Shown piece by piece: positions 1 through 13,692 of a DNA stretch of 64,000 bases. A program made the translations under genes and the position numbers. The notes beneath the pieces are model-generated. The model was not told the origin of the DNA. It did not search any database and was given only the letters and a program-made list of their open reading frames with translations. This DNA comes from Stegostoma tigrinum (Eukaryota), in NCBI RefSeq assembly GCF_030684315.1, contig NC_081373.1:47878066-47942065 (forward strand), given 5' to 3'. Numbering within the stretch: the stretch's first letter is position 1; the number at the start of each line of letters is the position of its first letter.

Positions 1-1775
1 GTCAACCTCTCTTCATAAGATAAGCCCTCCAGTCCAGGCAGCATCCTGGTAAACCTTCTCTGAACCCGCTCCAAAGCATCCACATCTTTCCTAGAATAGG
101 GCAACCAGAACTGGACGCAGTATTCCAAGTGCGGTCTAACCAAAGTTTTATAGAGCTGCAACAAGATCTCACGACTCTTAAACTCAATCCCTCTGTTAAT
201 GAAAGCCAAAACACCATATGCTTTCTTAACAACCCTGTCCACTTGGGTGGCCATTTTAAGGGATCTATGTATCTGCACACCAAGATCCCTCTGTTCCTCC
301 ACACTGCCAAGAATCCTATCCTTAATCCTGTACTCAGCTTTCAAATTCGACCTTCCAAAATGCATCACCTCACATTTATCCAGGTTGAACTCCATCTGCC
401 ACCTCTCAGCCCATCTCTGCATCCTGTCAATGTCCCGCTGCAGCCTACAACAGCCCTCTCTACTGTCAATGACCCCTCCGACCTTTGTGTCATCTGCAAA
501 CTTGCTGACCCATCCTTCGATCCCCTCATCCAAGTCATTAATAAAAATTACAAACAGTAGAGGCCCAAGGACAGAGCCCTGTGGAACCCCACTCACCACT
601 GACTTCCAGGCAGAATATTTTCCTTCTACTACCACTCGCTGTATTCTGTTGGCCAGCCAATTCTGTATCCAGGCAGCTAAGTTCCCCCGTATCCCATTTC
701 TCCTGACCTTCTGAATGAGCCTACCATGGGGAACCTTATCAAATGCCTTACTGAAGTCCATATACAGCACATCCATAGCTCGACCCTCATCAACTTTTCT
801 AGTCACATCCTCAAAAAACTCGATAAGGTTTGTGAGGCATGACCTACCCCTCACAAAGCCGTGTTGACTGTATTTGATCAAGCCATGCTCTTCCAGATGG
901 TCATAAATCCTATCCCTCAGAATCCTTTCTAACACCTTGCAGACGACAGACGTGAGACTTACTGGTCTGTAATTGCCGGGGATTTCCCTATTTCCTTTCT
1001 TGAAGAGAGGAATTACATTTGCCTCTCTCCAGTCCTCAGGTACGACTCCAGTGGAGAGCGAGGATGCAAAGATCTTCGCAAGTGGCGAAGCAATTGCATT
1101 TCTCACTTCCCAAAGCAGTCGAGGACAAATCTGGTCCGGGCCTGGCGACTTGTCAATCTTAATGTTTGACAAAATTTTCAGCACATCACCTTCCTCTATC
1201 TCTATCCATTCCAGCATGCACACCTGCTCTTCAAAGGTTTCATTCACTACAAAGTTCGTTTCTTTCGTAAAGACAGAAGCAAAAAACTCATTTAGGGCTT
1301 CCCCTACCTGCTCAGACTCCACACACAAGTTCCCTATGCTATCCCTGATCGGCCCTACTCTTTCTTTGACCATTCTCTTATTCCTCACATAAGTGTAAAA
1401 TGCCTTTGTGTTTTCCCTGATTCGTTCTGCCAAGCCTTTCTCGTGCCCCCTCCTGGCTCTCCTCAGACCATTTTTGAGCTCCTTCCTTGCCTGCGTGTAA
1501 TCCTTTCTAGCTGAACTTGACCCTAGCTTCCTCCACCTTATGTAAGCTACCTTCTTCCTTTTCACAAGAAGCTCCACCGCTCTCGTCATCCAAGGTTCCT
1601 TTATCTTACCCCTTCCTGCCTGTCTCAGAGGGACATATTTACTCATCACTCGCAACAACTGTTCCTTAAACAGTCTCCACATGTCTATAGTTCCCTTACC
1701 ATGGAACAATTGCTCCCAGTCCATCCTTCCTAACTCATGTCTAATCGCGTCATAGTTTCCACTTCCCCAATTAAA
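1..1775 (-). mobile_element. Young CR1-clade LINE, 5'-truncated ORF2 (RT region), runs off left edge
   Basis: Reverse complement is nearly identical to about 51390-53165; antisense ORFs 199..714 and 973..1392 differ from 52452..52967 and 51774..52193 by only a few residues; homology stops near 1775. Confidence 0.95.
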
Positions 1776-1980
1776 TTCCCCAACTTGCCAGCAGATCAAT
1801 TTGAAATCACAGAAAATAATTTTTAAAAGATCTCATATGACCATAATAAGACATAGGAACAGAAATTAGGCCATTTGGCCCATCGTGTCTGTTCCGCCTT
1901 TCAATTATGGCCAATAAGTTCCTCAACTCCATTCTCCCACGTTCTCCCCATAATCCTTGATCCCCTTGATTATCAAGAAC

Positions 1981-2013
<33 letters not shown>

Positions 2014-2028
2014 GATCTATCTATCTAT
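1981..2028. repeat. (CTAT/GATA)n microsatellite, about 12 units with one interruption
   Basis: ctatctatctatc...atcgatctatctatctat read directly; abuts a decayed CR1 3' fragment (about 1845-1985, minus). Confidence 0.95.
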
Positions 2029-2364
2029 TCTAAATGGTTTATCAGCTTTATTGATACACTGGTCAATTCAGTGAAAAGTAATTCTGGATATGTAAGCCAT
2101 TTAAAATGCGCCTCTCACTAAATAGAGATGGGGACAATTTGAAAAGTCTTTTGTAATGATGCCTATCAGTGGAAACACATAATATCAACTTGAAGATGAG
2201 CCAGTTTCATGGATGGAATCTGATTAATTGAATCTTGAATCAATGTTAAAAACCATAGAAAATTCCAAGATTTTACAATTGCCAGATATTTTGCTCTTGT
2301 TCACCCAATTCCACCAAATTGCATTGGTTTAACAAAGAAAATCCCAAACTGTCTGAAGAAACAT

Positions 2365-2492
2365 TCTGAAGATGGGTCATCAGAACTGAAACGCTAACTC
2401 TGTTTTCTCTTCAGATGTTGCCAGACCTGCTGATGTTTTCAAGTAATTTCTGTTTGTGTTTCTGATTTTCAGCATCCAAAGTTGTTTGGTTT
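2365..2492 (+). mobile_element. Penelope-like terminal-repeat fragment with degenerate hammerhead-like core
   Basis: ctgaagatgggtcatcagaactgaaacgctaactc followed by gatgttgccagacctgctga, the same tail as copies at 19914, 20191, 25928 and 58945. Confidence 0.6.
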
Positions 2493-4559
2493 TTCTCAAC
2501 CCCTTCATCTCCATTCACTTCGGCAGGTCTTCAACTCACACTGATCTTCTGGTAAACAGTCTCCTAAACTGTCTTTTCCATCTGAATCTGACCCTACCCA
2601 TTTTGGCTGCAGATCGGGCATTTGTTAGTAGTTTTAATCTAAGTGGAGTATGTGCAGCAACACTGTTAAGGGCCAACTGGCCTACTGGTGTGCGTTGAAT
2701 GCTATGTGTAAATATAATTCAATGCACTGAATCAGGACAAGCAGCATTCAGCTGGAGATCGCAGTTTGACTTAAGTTATGGCATATTACAAAGGACATTT
2801 GGCATAGTTACAGGTTATTTGGTCTAGTTAAATAGTCGAATCTGATATTTGATCTACAGGGGTATCTTCACAACTAACTTCATTTCACAATGTTAAAATA
2901 TCTGTTATTCTTTTCATTGCCATGTTCTTATTGAACTTTCCCTCAAGTTTCATATTCTAATAGCTCTAGGTAAATATATTTCTCATAATTTCCTTATTGA
3001 TGATATGAATAAGCATAATGATTCGTGAAACCCAGTACTGGGCTCCTCCGCAAGTGGAAAGATCTGCTCTATTGAAACCCTTCATAATTATAAGGAGCCC
3101 CACCAGCTTGCCTTTCGGCCCTTGATTTTCCAGATCAAAGAATCTGATCTGTTCAGTCTCAATATTTCAGATCGAAGTTTATTGACTACAATCCCAATAA
3201 TTGTAGAATTGCTGTCTGTAGTCCACTATTGTCAGCAATTTATGACCTAGCTAAATCTATATTGGATTTTGAAAACCAACGTTATATCATTTATGAAGTA
3301 GCTTCTGCACTAATGTTGTCTTTGTCTGAGTGGTGGTAATGGGCACAAAAAAATTACCAGCAGTCAAGGTATTCCCTTTATAGTTACTCGAAAATAAATT
3401 GGAAACCACTAGAATTATCTTCAAGAGGATGGGATAAATCCATAAAGCTGGTTGAAGGTACTTATTAGCACATGAATCAAAGAGCTAGGTTGTACATGAT
3501 GCTCGATCTATAATTTAGCAATGAGCTGGAAATGGTTGGCAAGATAGATGCAGTGAGACATTAAGACATAAGTAATAATAAGATAAATCTATTATTCAGT
3601 GGGGTTGAAAGATAAACAATAAAAGAAAACAGAACACAAACCCATAGTGAGAACAGCAAGCAGGCATTTTATACATACAAAGACAACAAAGAATAGATTG
3701 CTTTAATGAAGTGTGGAATATATAATAAAAATTTAACTGGTTAATTATTTAAACACATGCAAGGAGAGGTATTGAAACATTAAGCACATCACTTTGTGCA
3801 ATGAATGGGCTTTGGGTGAGTGAGAATCTCACCAGTACTTCAATACAAACGCATTTTAAAGAAACAAGTAAATCTGAAAGAAGGATAATTACTTGAGGAC
3901 AGCCTCACATAATTTTGAGTAAATTAGATTCGCTCTGCTCTGTCAGGTAGAATTTGAGGTGGTGAAATAGAGAAAGCTGGCCTTGGTTCCAGAAGACAAT
4001 ATCTGTAAGTGAACACATTGGGCTGGGTTTTCAAGGCAACTTGAAGAAGTGACTCAAGATAGGTGCCCTGAAAATTTGAAGCTGGATGGTGTGTCACCTT
4101 CAAGGTGCCAATGTTGATATCATCAATAATCATCAAGGAATGTTGGGAACCCTACTCACCTTCTAAGTTCAGCCAATTAGTTTTTAAAAATTCATTAATA
4201 ACATTTTAGGGTTTCAAATACAAATTTATAACAGCACACACAGATCAGCCTTGCCTCCAGAAACAGGTTATCTAAAGGAAGGTGGTCCTGAGTGGGAAAC
4301 CAACCATGGCTGTGCCAGGTCATCACCACAGCTCTACAAAGAGGTCTTAGCTAAACGTGAGACTGGGCAATTGGTAAGGTATGTCACTGCCACTGAACAA
4401 GTGGCAGAAAAAGTGGCATTCAGTATCCAGACTTTGAATGGGGTCAGCATACCCTGCCATTGCATGGGCAGAGGAACAAGGAATCAAGGATGCTCAAGAA
4501 AATTGGTTGGCCATCCCCCTTGCTGGCACTTGAATAAGCTTTTCAAATTTTGGGCCCAG

Positions 4560-5362
4560 TGGCATTGAGAAACAACACTCTTCTCAGAAAGGGAAGTCCA
4601 AGAATGACAAGGATGTGGGAGAGGAACAGAGATCTGGAAGGCAATGGGTGTCAAACTAACAACAGAGGATTGACTGCAGAAGACGGTACCTCCTGGAGAT
4701 AACTGACAACCCATGCAGCAGGTGATTGCAAATCTCCAGCAGATGACAGAAACAACTCTGTGCTCATAGCTGAAGACCCCACTCATTGTTGCACTGGGTG
4801 GCAGACCTGACTAGTAGATGTCAACATCATTGTAGCCTTCTGACGTTTCAAGCATGAGCTACAGGCCAGAAAGGCAATCTGCAAAAAGCAGCAAATCACT
4901 TCATTTTGAATGTCACTGTTCTTTCTTGGCCAAAGTTGAACATTACTTTCATTTCACAAAGGACATGGTCTTGCAGTAGTAGGGGGATTTTAGATTTTGT
5001 CTTCATTTTCGGATTATCCAAGTTGCAAAGCATCAATGATTGCACCCTTAATGCACCCAGTGGTTAGCCAGTGAGACCCATCAATAAGGAGGGTTTTCAC
5101 TATATCAATGTCCACCTATGCCAGACCACGACAAATATTTCCTCCATGTCAGTATTCTCTTTTCTGCCAGCTGCCAAGTTTCCTTCATCCTCTGCCAAGC
5201 AAAGCTCTCTCAGATCTTCACTGCACCATGCATGGATGAATTCTAGGGGCAAGAGATATTCCTTGAAGAAATTGCTTCTCGCCCCTCTATGAGAATGCCA
5301 GGCAGAGTAATGGAGACAGTAAAGCCAATGTGGTCTTCTAAGCATTGAAAGTCACTGAGCAA
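4560..5362 (+). pseudogene. Decayed PIF/Harbinger DDE transposase
   Basis: From 5011 reads GLSKLQSINDCT...INKEGFHYINVHLC, resembling HARBI1-family GFP..GAIDCTH...NRKGFHSINVQLVC; RYSLKKLLLAPL resembles GYPLxxWLLTP; stops and frameshifts present. Confidence 0.7.
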
Positions 5363-6639
5363 GGTGTGGACTTGTTGGGCCAAAGGGCCTGTTTCCACAC
5401 TGTAGGGATTCTATGATAAAAAAAGTCCCAGAGGATGGTAATACTGAACTAGTCAGATCCCAGAGTGGAATCAAAGTTTTATCTTGGCAATTTGGTTATT
5501 GTGGTGATCAATCACTGAACAGATTCACAAGAGGCTGCCAATGTATTTTTAAAGAAAGAGCATCTAAAATTATTATGCACGCAAGGGAAAAACAAAAATT
5601 ATTTTACATTATGTAAGAACCATTTGAACCTTTCTTCATACAAATATCAAGAAATAAAGATTCAATCCCTTTAGTCTCACAGCAATATTACAGGTAGCCA
5701 AATCTCATTGTTTTCACTTTGAAATTCTCTGTTCAGTTGATACATCTGTTGTTTTTGTTTTCAGCATATTTCTATATGCTATCTTTGTTAATTAATTTCT
5801 GTTCATAACAACATGAGAAAAAAACAGCTAATACAGCTCAACTAGTTCTTAACTATCTCCTGTCTTGTATTTCAGGAGCTCCCTCTTATTGAGATTAAAC
5901 AACTCAGGACTGCCTCGTTCCTGCCTTAACAGTTCTTGAGACTGTGAAACTGCAAAGCTGCCCTTTCAGGTATTTTTATCCCTGAATGATCTGCTTTTAT
6001 CTGAAAGATACCAACACGCACATTGCCCTTCTGAATTTCCTGCAAGAAAAGTGTTTCTGTCTCAGACTTCCCGTGGCCAGGATACCTTGTTGCGATGCAC
6101 CAGCCCAGTTATTATTGACCCTATTTTACTCATTGCTTCTAAAATACTAAATTATCCACCTCAAAACTTTTTGTTTTTCTTTAAAAAAAGCTCAGTTAAA
6201 TGCATATAAATAAATTTCCAGACACCGCTCATAGAACTCAAAATGAAACTAAATCCTTCCCTTTGAAACTATGCAATAAATGAACATAAATCAAACTTAA
6301 ACTCTATGTGCTTCTGTTCACTTTGTGGCACAAGTTTCAAACTTTAATAACAACAGGTTATGAAGCTTCATCAAAAAGTAGTCAAAATGACTGAAGATAT
6401 GAATTTTGTGCATGGCCTGATTGGATGATGCCTTTCAATGCTCTTCTGTATTGGTCTTGTTCACTGTTGCTCTCTACATAAGAGCATGGATTGCGGACTC
6501 TGGAACTGCAGAAAAGATGCCTTGTTTGCCCCTCCACAAATATAAAACATCACCCTTCTCCAGATTGAATTCCATTTGCCATTTTCCCACCCATTCAACA
6601 AAACTTGCAGCCAATAGCCATTGTCTTCACCATCAACTG

Positions 6640-8372
6640 CGCTCAAGTGAACAACCTACACAAATACGCTACAATCATCATGGACTTCATTAGCAAGTGC
6701 ATGGAGGACTGCGTGCCAAAGAGGCCAATCCGGGTGTTCCCCAATCGGAAAATCTTGGGTGAACCGAGAAATCCACGGCCTACAGAAGCCCAGGGCATGC
6801 AACATTCAAGTCAGACAACGCAGGCCTGTACAGAAAATCCAGATATGACCTCTGCAAAACCATCAGAGATGCCAAGGGGCAGTGCCAGGCTAAGTTAGAG
6901 CCCAAACTAATGTACGGCCACCCACTGCCTCTGGCAAGGCCTCCACGACATAACAAGATGCTAAATGAAGCAGAGCAAGACAGTGGACAAAAACACATCC
7001 TTCCCCGATGGGCTCAATGCTTTCTGCGTTTGGTTTGAGCAGAATGCCAGTGGCACAGTGTCACCTGCCCCAACATGCATCTATTCCCTCCGTCATTGCT
7101 ACAGACGTCAGATCGGTCTTCCTGGGAGTCAACCTAAGGAAGGCAAGAGGCTCGCATTGAATCCCGAGCCATGCACTTAGATCCTATGCAGACCGGCTTG
7201 TAGAGGTATTCATTGACAAGCTGAAGTCCCCACTTGCTTCAAGAAGTCAACCATTATCCCAGTACCAAAGAAAGTGCCTGGCAGCTCTGAAAATCACAAA
7301 GTGCTTCAAGAGGCTGGTCATGGCCCACCGTAACTCTAGATAGCAAAGTGTGGAGCTGGGTGAACACAGCAGGCCAAGCAGCATCTTAGGAGCACAAAAG
7401 CTGACCTTTCGGGATTAGACCTTTCATCAGATGAAGGGTCTAGGCCCAAAACGCCAGCTAGTGTGCTCCTAAGATGCTGCTTGGCTTGCTGTGTTCATTC
7501 AGCTCCACATTTCGTTATCTCGGTTTCTCCCATTATTTCTGATCACAATTTTAACCTCACCGTAACTCTAGCCTGCCAACATGTCTTGATCCCCTCCAAT
7601 TTTCTAACTGACAAAACAGGCTCATAGCAGACGCCATTTCGCTAATCCTACACTCAGATATGGAACATCTGAATAGCAAGGACGCCTACGTCAGATTCCT
7701 ACTCATCAATAACAGCTCCGCCTTCATCACCATAATCCCCACCAGACTGATCTCAAAACTCTGAGACCTAGGCGTCGGCTCCACCCTCTGGAACTGGATC
7801 CTCTGCTTCTGTTCCCACGGACCACAATCCGTGAAGATAGAGAACTGCACCTCGTCCACAATAATCCTCAGTACTGGACATGACAAGGACATTATTTCAC
7901 CTCCCTACAGTCCTCCCTGTACACCCACAACTTTGCAGCCAAATTCCAGATGAACGCCATTTACAAGTTTGTTGACGATACCACCCTGGTAGGATGGATA
8001 TCAAAAAATGATGAGTCAGCATACAGAAAGGGGATGGAGGGTTTGGTGTCATTGTGCTAAGATAACAACCTCAGTCTCCATGTCAGCAAAACAAAGAACT
8101 GATCATTGACTTCAGGAAGAAAGGAGGAGGACACACATCCATCTACATCAATGGAGCTGAGGTGGAGAGGGTAGAGAGCACCAAGTTCCAGGAGTGATGA
8201 TAACTGACAACCTGTCCTGGACTTCCCATGTAGATGTGATAGTCAAGGAGGCACAACAATGCCTCTTCTTCCTCAGGCAGCTTTGGAAACTTCATATGTC
8301 CATAAGGTCCCTCACCAACTTCTACAGATGCACCGTTGAAAGCATTCTATCCAGGTGCATAACAGCCTGATG
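6640..8372 (+). mobile_element. Decayed Rex1/Babar-type LINE RT fragment, interrupted at 7340-7557
   Basis: YATIIMDFISKCMEDCVPKRPIRVFPNRK, DGLNAFC, KFVDDTTLVG (FADD-like), KTKELIIDFRK-like motifs; many stops. Confidence 0.75.
7340..7557. mobile_element. Palindromic mini Penelope-derived insertion with perfect 14-bp TSD
   Basis: caccgtaactctag at 7326-7339 and 7558-7571; about 90-bp inverted arms meet at ttcatcagatgaa (about 7424-7436). Confidence 0.85.
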
Positions 8373-8639
8373 GCTGGCGTGGGATGTCTAAATAAGTGCT
8401 ACAATTCATCTAAACCTCATGCATTCTTGCCTCATTGACTCTAAGTAGTCAATTATTCCAATTCCATCTCATGAAATCTGAATCTAAATCAACTTCCCAT
8501 TGGAGATAGGTTTCTGTCCTTAGAACAAAATTAGTTTCTGTTTCCCACGATTGTAGCAAAAAAGTTGGCTAATTATGACTTTCACGGTAGATATGCCTCT
8601 GTCCCCTTATTTAGAATTGTGAAAATTTCACCAAAAAAA

Positions 8640-10720
8640 AATTTGTTTTTTATACAGTAAGATCCAGATGCTGGAGGTGGGGATGTTTACAGTTGCTTTT
8701 CTTCGAGTTGGTGATGCAGGCTGGATCCTCGGCAGGAAAGGTGAGGATGTCAGATTCTGCGAGAGGATGACTTTGGAGAACATGGAGTTTTACTCAGGTT
8801 AAGGCAGGAGAAATCCATCTTAGTCAATTATGGCTCCATCAGTCGACTCTCAATTTTCATTCAAGTGATGGAAGCTATCACTGACAGTGCTATCAAGCAA
8901 CACTCGATCAGCAGCAACCTGCTCACTTACATTGAGTTTGGGTTCCATCAGGGCCGCTCAGCTTCTGACCTCTTTAAATCCTTGTATCAAAACAGGGACC
9001 AAAGATCTGAACTCAAGAGGTGAGCTCTTACATCAAGGCTGCACATATGTGGCATGAAGGAGTTCTGACAAAACTAATATCAATGGAAATCAGGATGTCA
9101 TGGACCTGACCAGACTCACTCAAAATATTTTAAGAACGTAGCCTAGACCCTAATTTTATTTTTATTTTAAAAGGCAAATGTAACATGCTGTGTTCAAGAT
9201 GCAATTTGATTGGTCAAACTACTCCATTTTAAGCAAAAATACAATTTATTCAAACACTACAGTTAAAATACGGCAAAAGAAAGAAGAAATTTGAATAACA
9301 ACTGTATTGGAAAACTTTACAGAATAATAGATACAGCAATAATTACTAATTAACTGTTCCAATATAGTAACATCTCCTGAGCACACCCCTCAGCAAGAAG
9401 GCAAATTCAGAAGATCGATTTTCTCATAAGCATTGCCTACAGTAAGAAGAGAAAATCTGGTTTCTGGCTGTACCTAAGAGAGAGGGTAAAATAGCTTCTA
9501 TTTCTTTAAGACTCCAGCAGCTTCTGCTGAATCTAGAAGCTGAGAGCTGGTCACTCCCATTCAGGCTGCTTCTATTGTTCCAACTTTAAAAAAAACTCCA
9601 GACCTCACAAGCTGTTAACATTACCACAGACTGCTCAACACCTCTCATTCAATCTCTGTCTTAAAAGCAACAACGACAAAATCCTTCATTTAAAGCTACA
9701 GCATGATCACAGGGAGAAATGCTCCCCACTAGCTGATGTCATACCTAGCATCAAGGAAGTTGTTTGTGCTTGTTGGAGGTAAAGCATCTTAGTTCCAGGA
9801 CTTCACTGCAAAAGTTCCGCAGGGTAGTGTCCTAGACTCAAACTCTCAAGCTGTTTCATCAATTTACTCACTCCACAGTGAGGTGTTCACTGATGATACA
9901 CAGATTTCAGCAATGTTTATAAATTCTCAGATAATGAGAAAGTCCATGATCATTTGCAGGAAGATCTTGAAACAGCCGAGATTAAGCTAACAAGTGACAA
10001 GTGACAATTGTGACTCGTAAGTGTCAGGCAGTGTCTGTTTCCACAAAAGATTTCACTTTGACATTCAAAAGCATTACCCCTGCTGAATCCTGAGGGTTAT
10101 CATTGTTCAGAAACTGAATTGGACTAGCCGTATAAATACAGTGACTACAGGTTGATCGGGCAGCTGTGGAAAGGTTCTTTACCCCTGTGGTAGCATCTAG
10201 GACAAGTGGGAATAAACTTAGAATAAGGAGTTGTAACACAGAGGTGAGCAGGAATTCTTTTCTGCGAGGGTCGTAAATCTTTACTACAAGGTATGTTGAG
10301 GCTGGGCAGTTAAATGCATTCAAGGATGAAATGAACTGATTTTTAAGTATTAAGTGAATGAAGGCTTATGGGGAAAAAGTAGAGTTGAGAATTATCAGAT
10401 AGGCCACAGCCTCATTGAATTTTGGAACTGACTCGATGGGCTGAATGGGTTACTTCTGTTTCCAAGTCTGAAGGTCTTAGACTAGGCTGGGATTTTTTTT
10501 TGGCAAAAGCACACTTCTAGGCTGCTCAAAACCTGTCCACTGCCTGCAAGGAACATATCAGTGATGGGATATTCTCCATTCAGGTGATTGTGGGCCTACC
10601 AGCACACATAAAAAAAACTCTACACTGTCAAGACAGAGCATTTCTCTTGATTGTCATCCCATTCACTCTCTTAAACATTCACTCCCTTTACTAATGATGC
10701 ATAGTGGCAGCAGTGTGTTT
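8640..10720 (+). mobile_element. Old L2/CR1-group LINE fragments, interrupted by a solo LTR and a CR1 3' piece
   Basis: Decayed RT motifs (gttccgcagggtagtgtcctag = VPQGSVL; gtgttcactgatgat); same family as the minus-strand copy at 12385-13420. Confidence 0.6.
9096..9711 (-). mobile_element. Solo LTR (616 bp)
   Basis: TG...CA termini (tgtcatg / catgatcaca); 4-bp near-TSD agga/ggga; splits otherwise contiguous LINE sequence; minus-strand AATAAA near 9245. Confidence 0.65.
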
Positions 10721-11094
10721 CGTTTTTTTTTGCTTTGAGTCAATACTGCTGCCTGCACAATTGAATTATGGGTCTGGAGTATTATTAGGCTGGAATTTTT
10801 TTACACATTTACAGTCCCTGGGACTGCTTTCTCTATATCCTTAAGTAAATTTCTGCAAATACAACACTCCTTCATTTATATCTATCTACAATAGGTTATC
10901 AAATTCAGCTCCCTAGTGTAGTGTCTAAAACTTCTCTCTTTACATGCTCATTTTAGACAGGTGTGTTCTCTCTGACTCGTGTCGGAGTCCTGTTATCATT
11001 CATGGCATCATATTTGCATGAATATTATTATACAAATACATACTGTCTACAGGGTGTAGTAATTTATTTTAGAAACATTTATAGGATGTTGTAC

Positions 11095-13420
11095 ATGGGA
11101 TGTGGGTATCGCTGGCTGGACCAGCATTTGTTGCCGATCCCTACTTGCCCTTGAGAAGGTGATGGTGAACAGCTTTCTTGAACTGCTGCAGTCCATATGC
11201 TGTAGTTAGACCCGTAGGGAGAGAATTCCAGGGCTTTAAACTAAGGATAGCAAAGGATCTGCATGATATTTCAAAGTCAGAATGGTGACGGGCTTGGAGG
11301 GAACTTACAGGTTCCAATGTATCTGTTGTCCTCATCCTTCTAAGTGGTTGTGTTGCAAAGTGCTGCTGATCTCAATGAGATCATGTCTTATCTGAAAATC
11401 CTCAACTCCACTTTTTGCCTTTTCCACATAATCTTTGATTCCCTTTGGTGAATTTCTGCAGTGCACCTTGTGGATGGTACACATTGCTGCTACTGAGCAT
11501 TGGTTGTGGAGGGTGTAAATGCTTGTGGATGTGTTGACATTTAAGCAGGCTGCTTTGTCCTGGATGGTGTCCATCTGCTTGAGTGTTGCTGGGGCTGCAT
11601 TCATCCAGGCAAGTGGGGAGTACCCCATCGCACTCCTGGCTTGTCCCTTGTAAATGGTGGACAGGCTTTTGAGGAGTCAGGAGGTGAGTTACTCGGTGAC
11701 GTGCTCCTTTTTGATTTTTTCTGACTGATTTCATTGTCACATGATCCGAAATACAGTGAAAAGCTTTGTTTAAGACCAGTACAGGCGGATCACAGCAAGC
11801 AAGGGATGCACAAATCAAAAAGATTGACAGGCATACATGTTACATCACAAGTTACATTATTTGAGGCTAGGGTCCGTTAAATAGTCTGATAACGACCAGA
11901 AAGAAGCTGTCCCTGAACCTGCCTTTGCGTGTCTTCAGGCTCCTGCATCTTCTGCCTGACAGACAAAGATTGTGGGGGATCATTACCAGAGTGTGACGGG
12001 TCTTTGATGATGTTGGCTGCCTTTCCACAGCAGCAAGCTATGTAAGTATGTCCATGGGTAGAATGTTGGCTTCCATGATGGTCTGGGCTGTGCACACAAC
12101 CTTCTGTAGTTTCTTACAGCCCTGGGCAGAGCACATGTCACACCAGGCCATTATGCAGTATGGGTTCGGTGGTGCATCTGTAGTAGTTGGTGACGGTCCT
12201 TATGGACATGCCAAATTTCCTGAGCCACCTGGGGATGAAGAGGCATTGCTGTGTCATCTTGACTATCACATCTACGTCGGAAGTCCAGGACAGGTTATTG
12301 GTTACCATCACACCAAAGAACTTGATGCTCTTCACCTTTTCAACCTCAGTTCCATTGAAGTAGATGGGAGCATGCTCTCCTCCTTCCCAGTCTCCAAATT
12401 GCTAATGAAGTTATTGTATTTCTATGGTGAGTCCAGTTTAGTTTTTGAGAAATGGTAACCCCTAGGATGTTAAGAGTGGGGGTTCCAGTGATGGTAACAG
12501 CGCTGATTGCCAAGGGGGTTGGGTGGGGGCGTAGGTCGTGGTCAGTTGCCTCTCGTTGGAAATTGTCATAGCCTAGCATTTACGTGTCATGAATGCTTCT
12601 TGCCACTTGACAGCCTAAGCTAGAAAATTGTCCAGGTCTTGTGGCATTTGAACATGAACTGCTTCAGTATCTGAAAGTGTTGAATGTTGTACAATCATCA
12701 GTGGATGCCCTCATTTCTGAACTTATGATGGAGGGAAGGTCATTGATGAAGCAGCTGAAGATAGTTGAGCCCAGGACATTATCCAAGGAACTCCTGCAGA
12801 GATGTCCTGGAGCTAAGATACAGACTTTCAACAACCACAACCATCTTCCCATGTGATAGGTATGATTCCAACCAGCAGAGCTTTCCCCCAAAGACCCATT
12901 GACTCCAATTTTCCCAGAGTTCCTTGATGCTACACATATTCAAAGGCAGCCATGACAGCAAAGGCACCTCACTTCTGGAATTCAGCTCTTTTGTCCTCGC
13001 TAGAACCAAGGTTGTAATGAGAACTGGAACTGAATAGCCCTGATGGGGCCTAAACTGAGCTTCGCTGAGAAGGTTATCGCTGTTTGATAGCACTGTTGAT
13101 GACACCTTCCATCACTTTCCTGATGATCGAGAGTATACTGATGAGGTGGTAATTGGTTGGGTTGGATTTGTTCTGCTTTTTGCATACAAAACATATGTGG
13201 GCAATTTTCCACATTATTGGATAGATGCCAATCTCATAACCATTCTGAAACAGCTTGGGTAGGGGTGCGGCAAGTTCTGGGGCAGAAACATTCAGTACTA
13301 TTGCTGGAATGTTGTCAGATCACATAGCCTTTGCAGTATACTGTGACTCCAACTCTTTTTTGATGCCACGCTGAATGAATCAAACTTTGGATGAAGGCTG
13401 TGGTGCTGGAAACCTCTAGA
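11095..13420 (-). mobile_element. L2/CR1-group LINE (RT plus 3' end) with nested Rex1 3' fragment at about 11740-12385
   Basis: NLLSEAQFRPHQG, NVLGSTIFSCFINDLPSII..STDD, YSPLAWMNAAPATLKQMDTIQDKAA; nested KSIKFFGVMVTNNLSW..RKFGMS (Rex1-like). Confidence 0.7.
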
Positions 13421-13692
13421 CTTGCTAAATGGGGATGTCAGGTTTAACAGCGTACATCTGTTTACTTATGAAGTGACCAAACTACTTTTTCCAAAACATC
13501 TGTATCTTATTGACCGAATTTTTAAACAAAGAAGTTAGAGCAAATTTTTGCTGTTTGGTTTGTCCCAGTAGTGTTAATAATTGCTCTTGTGCATCATTTG
13601 GTATTCAGGACTGGATCTGTGAACTGTTATTTCAGTGCCACTTGTTCCCTGTTGAACTAGACAGCCATGGAGGCAAAGACGATCCATAATTC

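Noticed and set aside
129-1392. Plus-strand ORFs of 139-171 aa (and their mirrors at 51774-52967)
   Set aside because: Antisense shadows of CR1 ORF2
5876-5969. Plus-strand exon-like segment (ttcAG...CAG|GTattt)
   Set aside because: Stops in all three frames and no partner exons; at most non-coding
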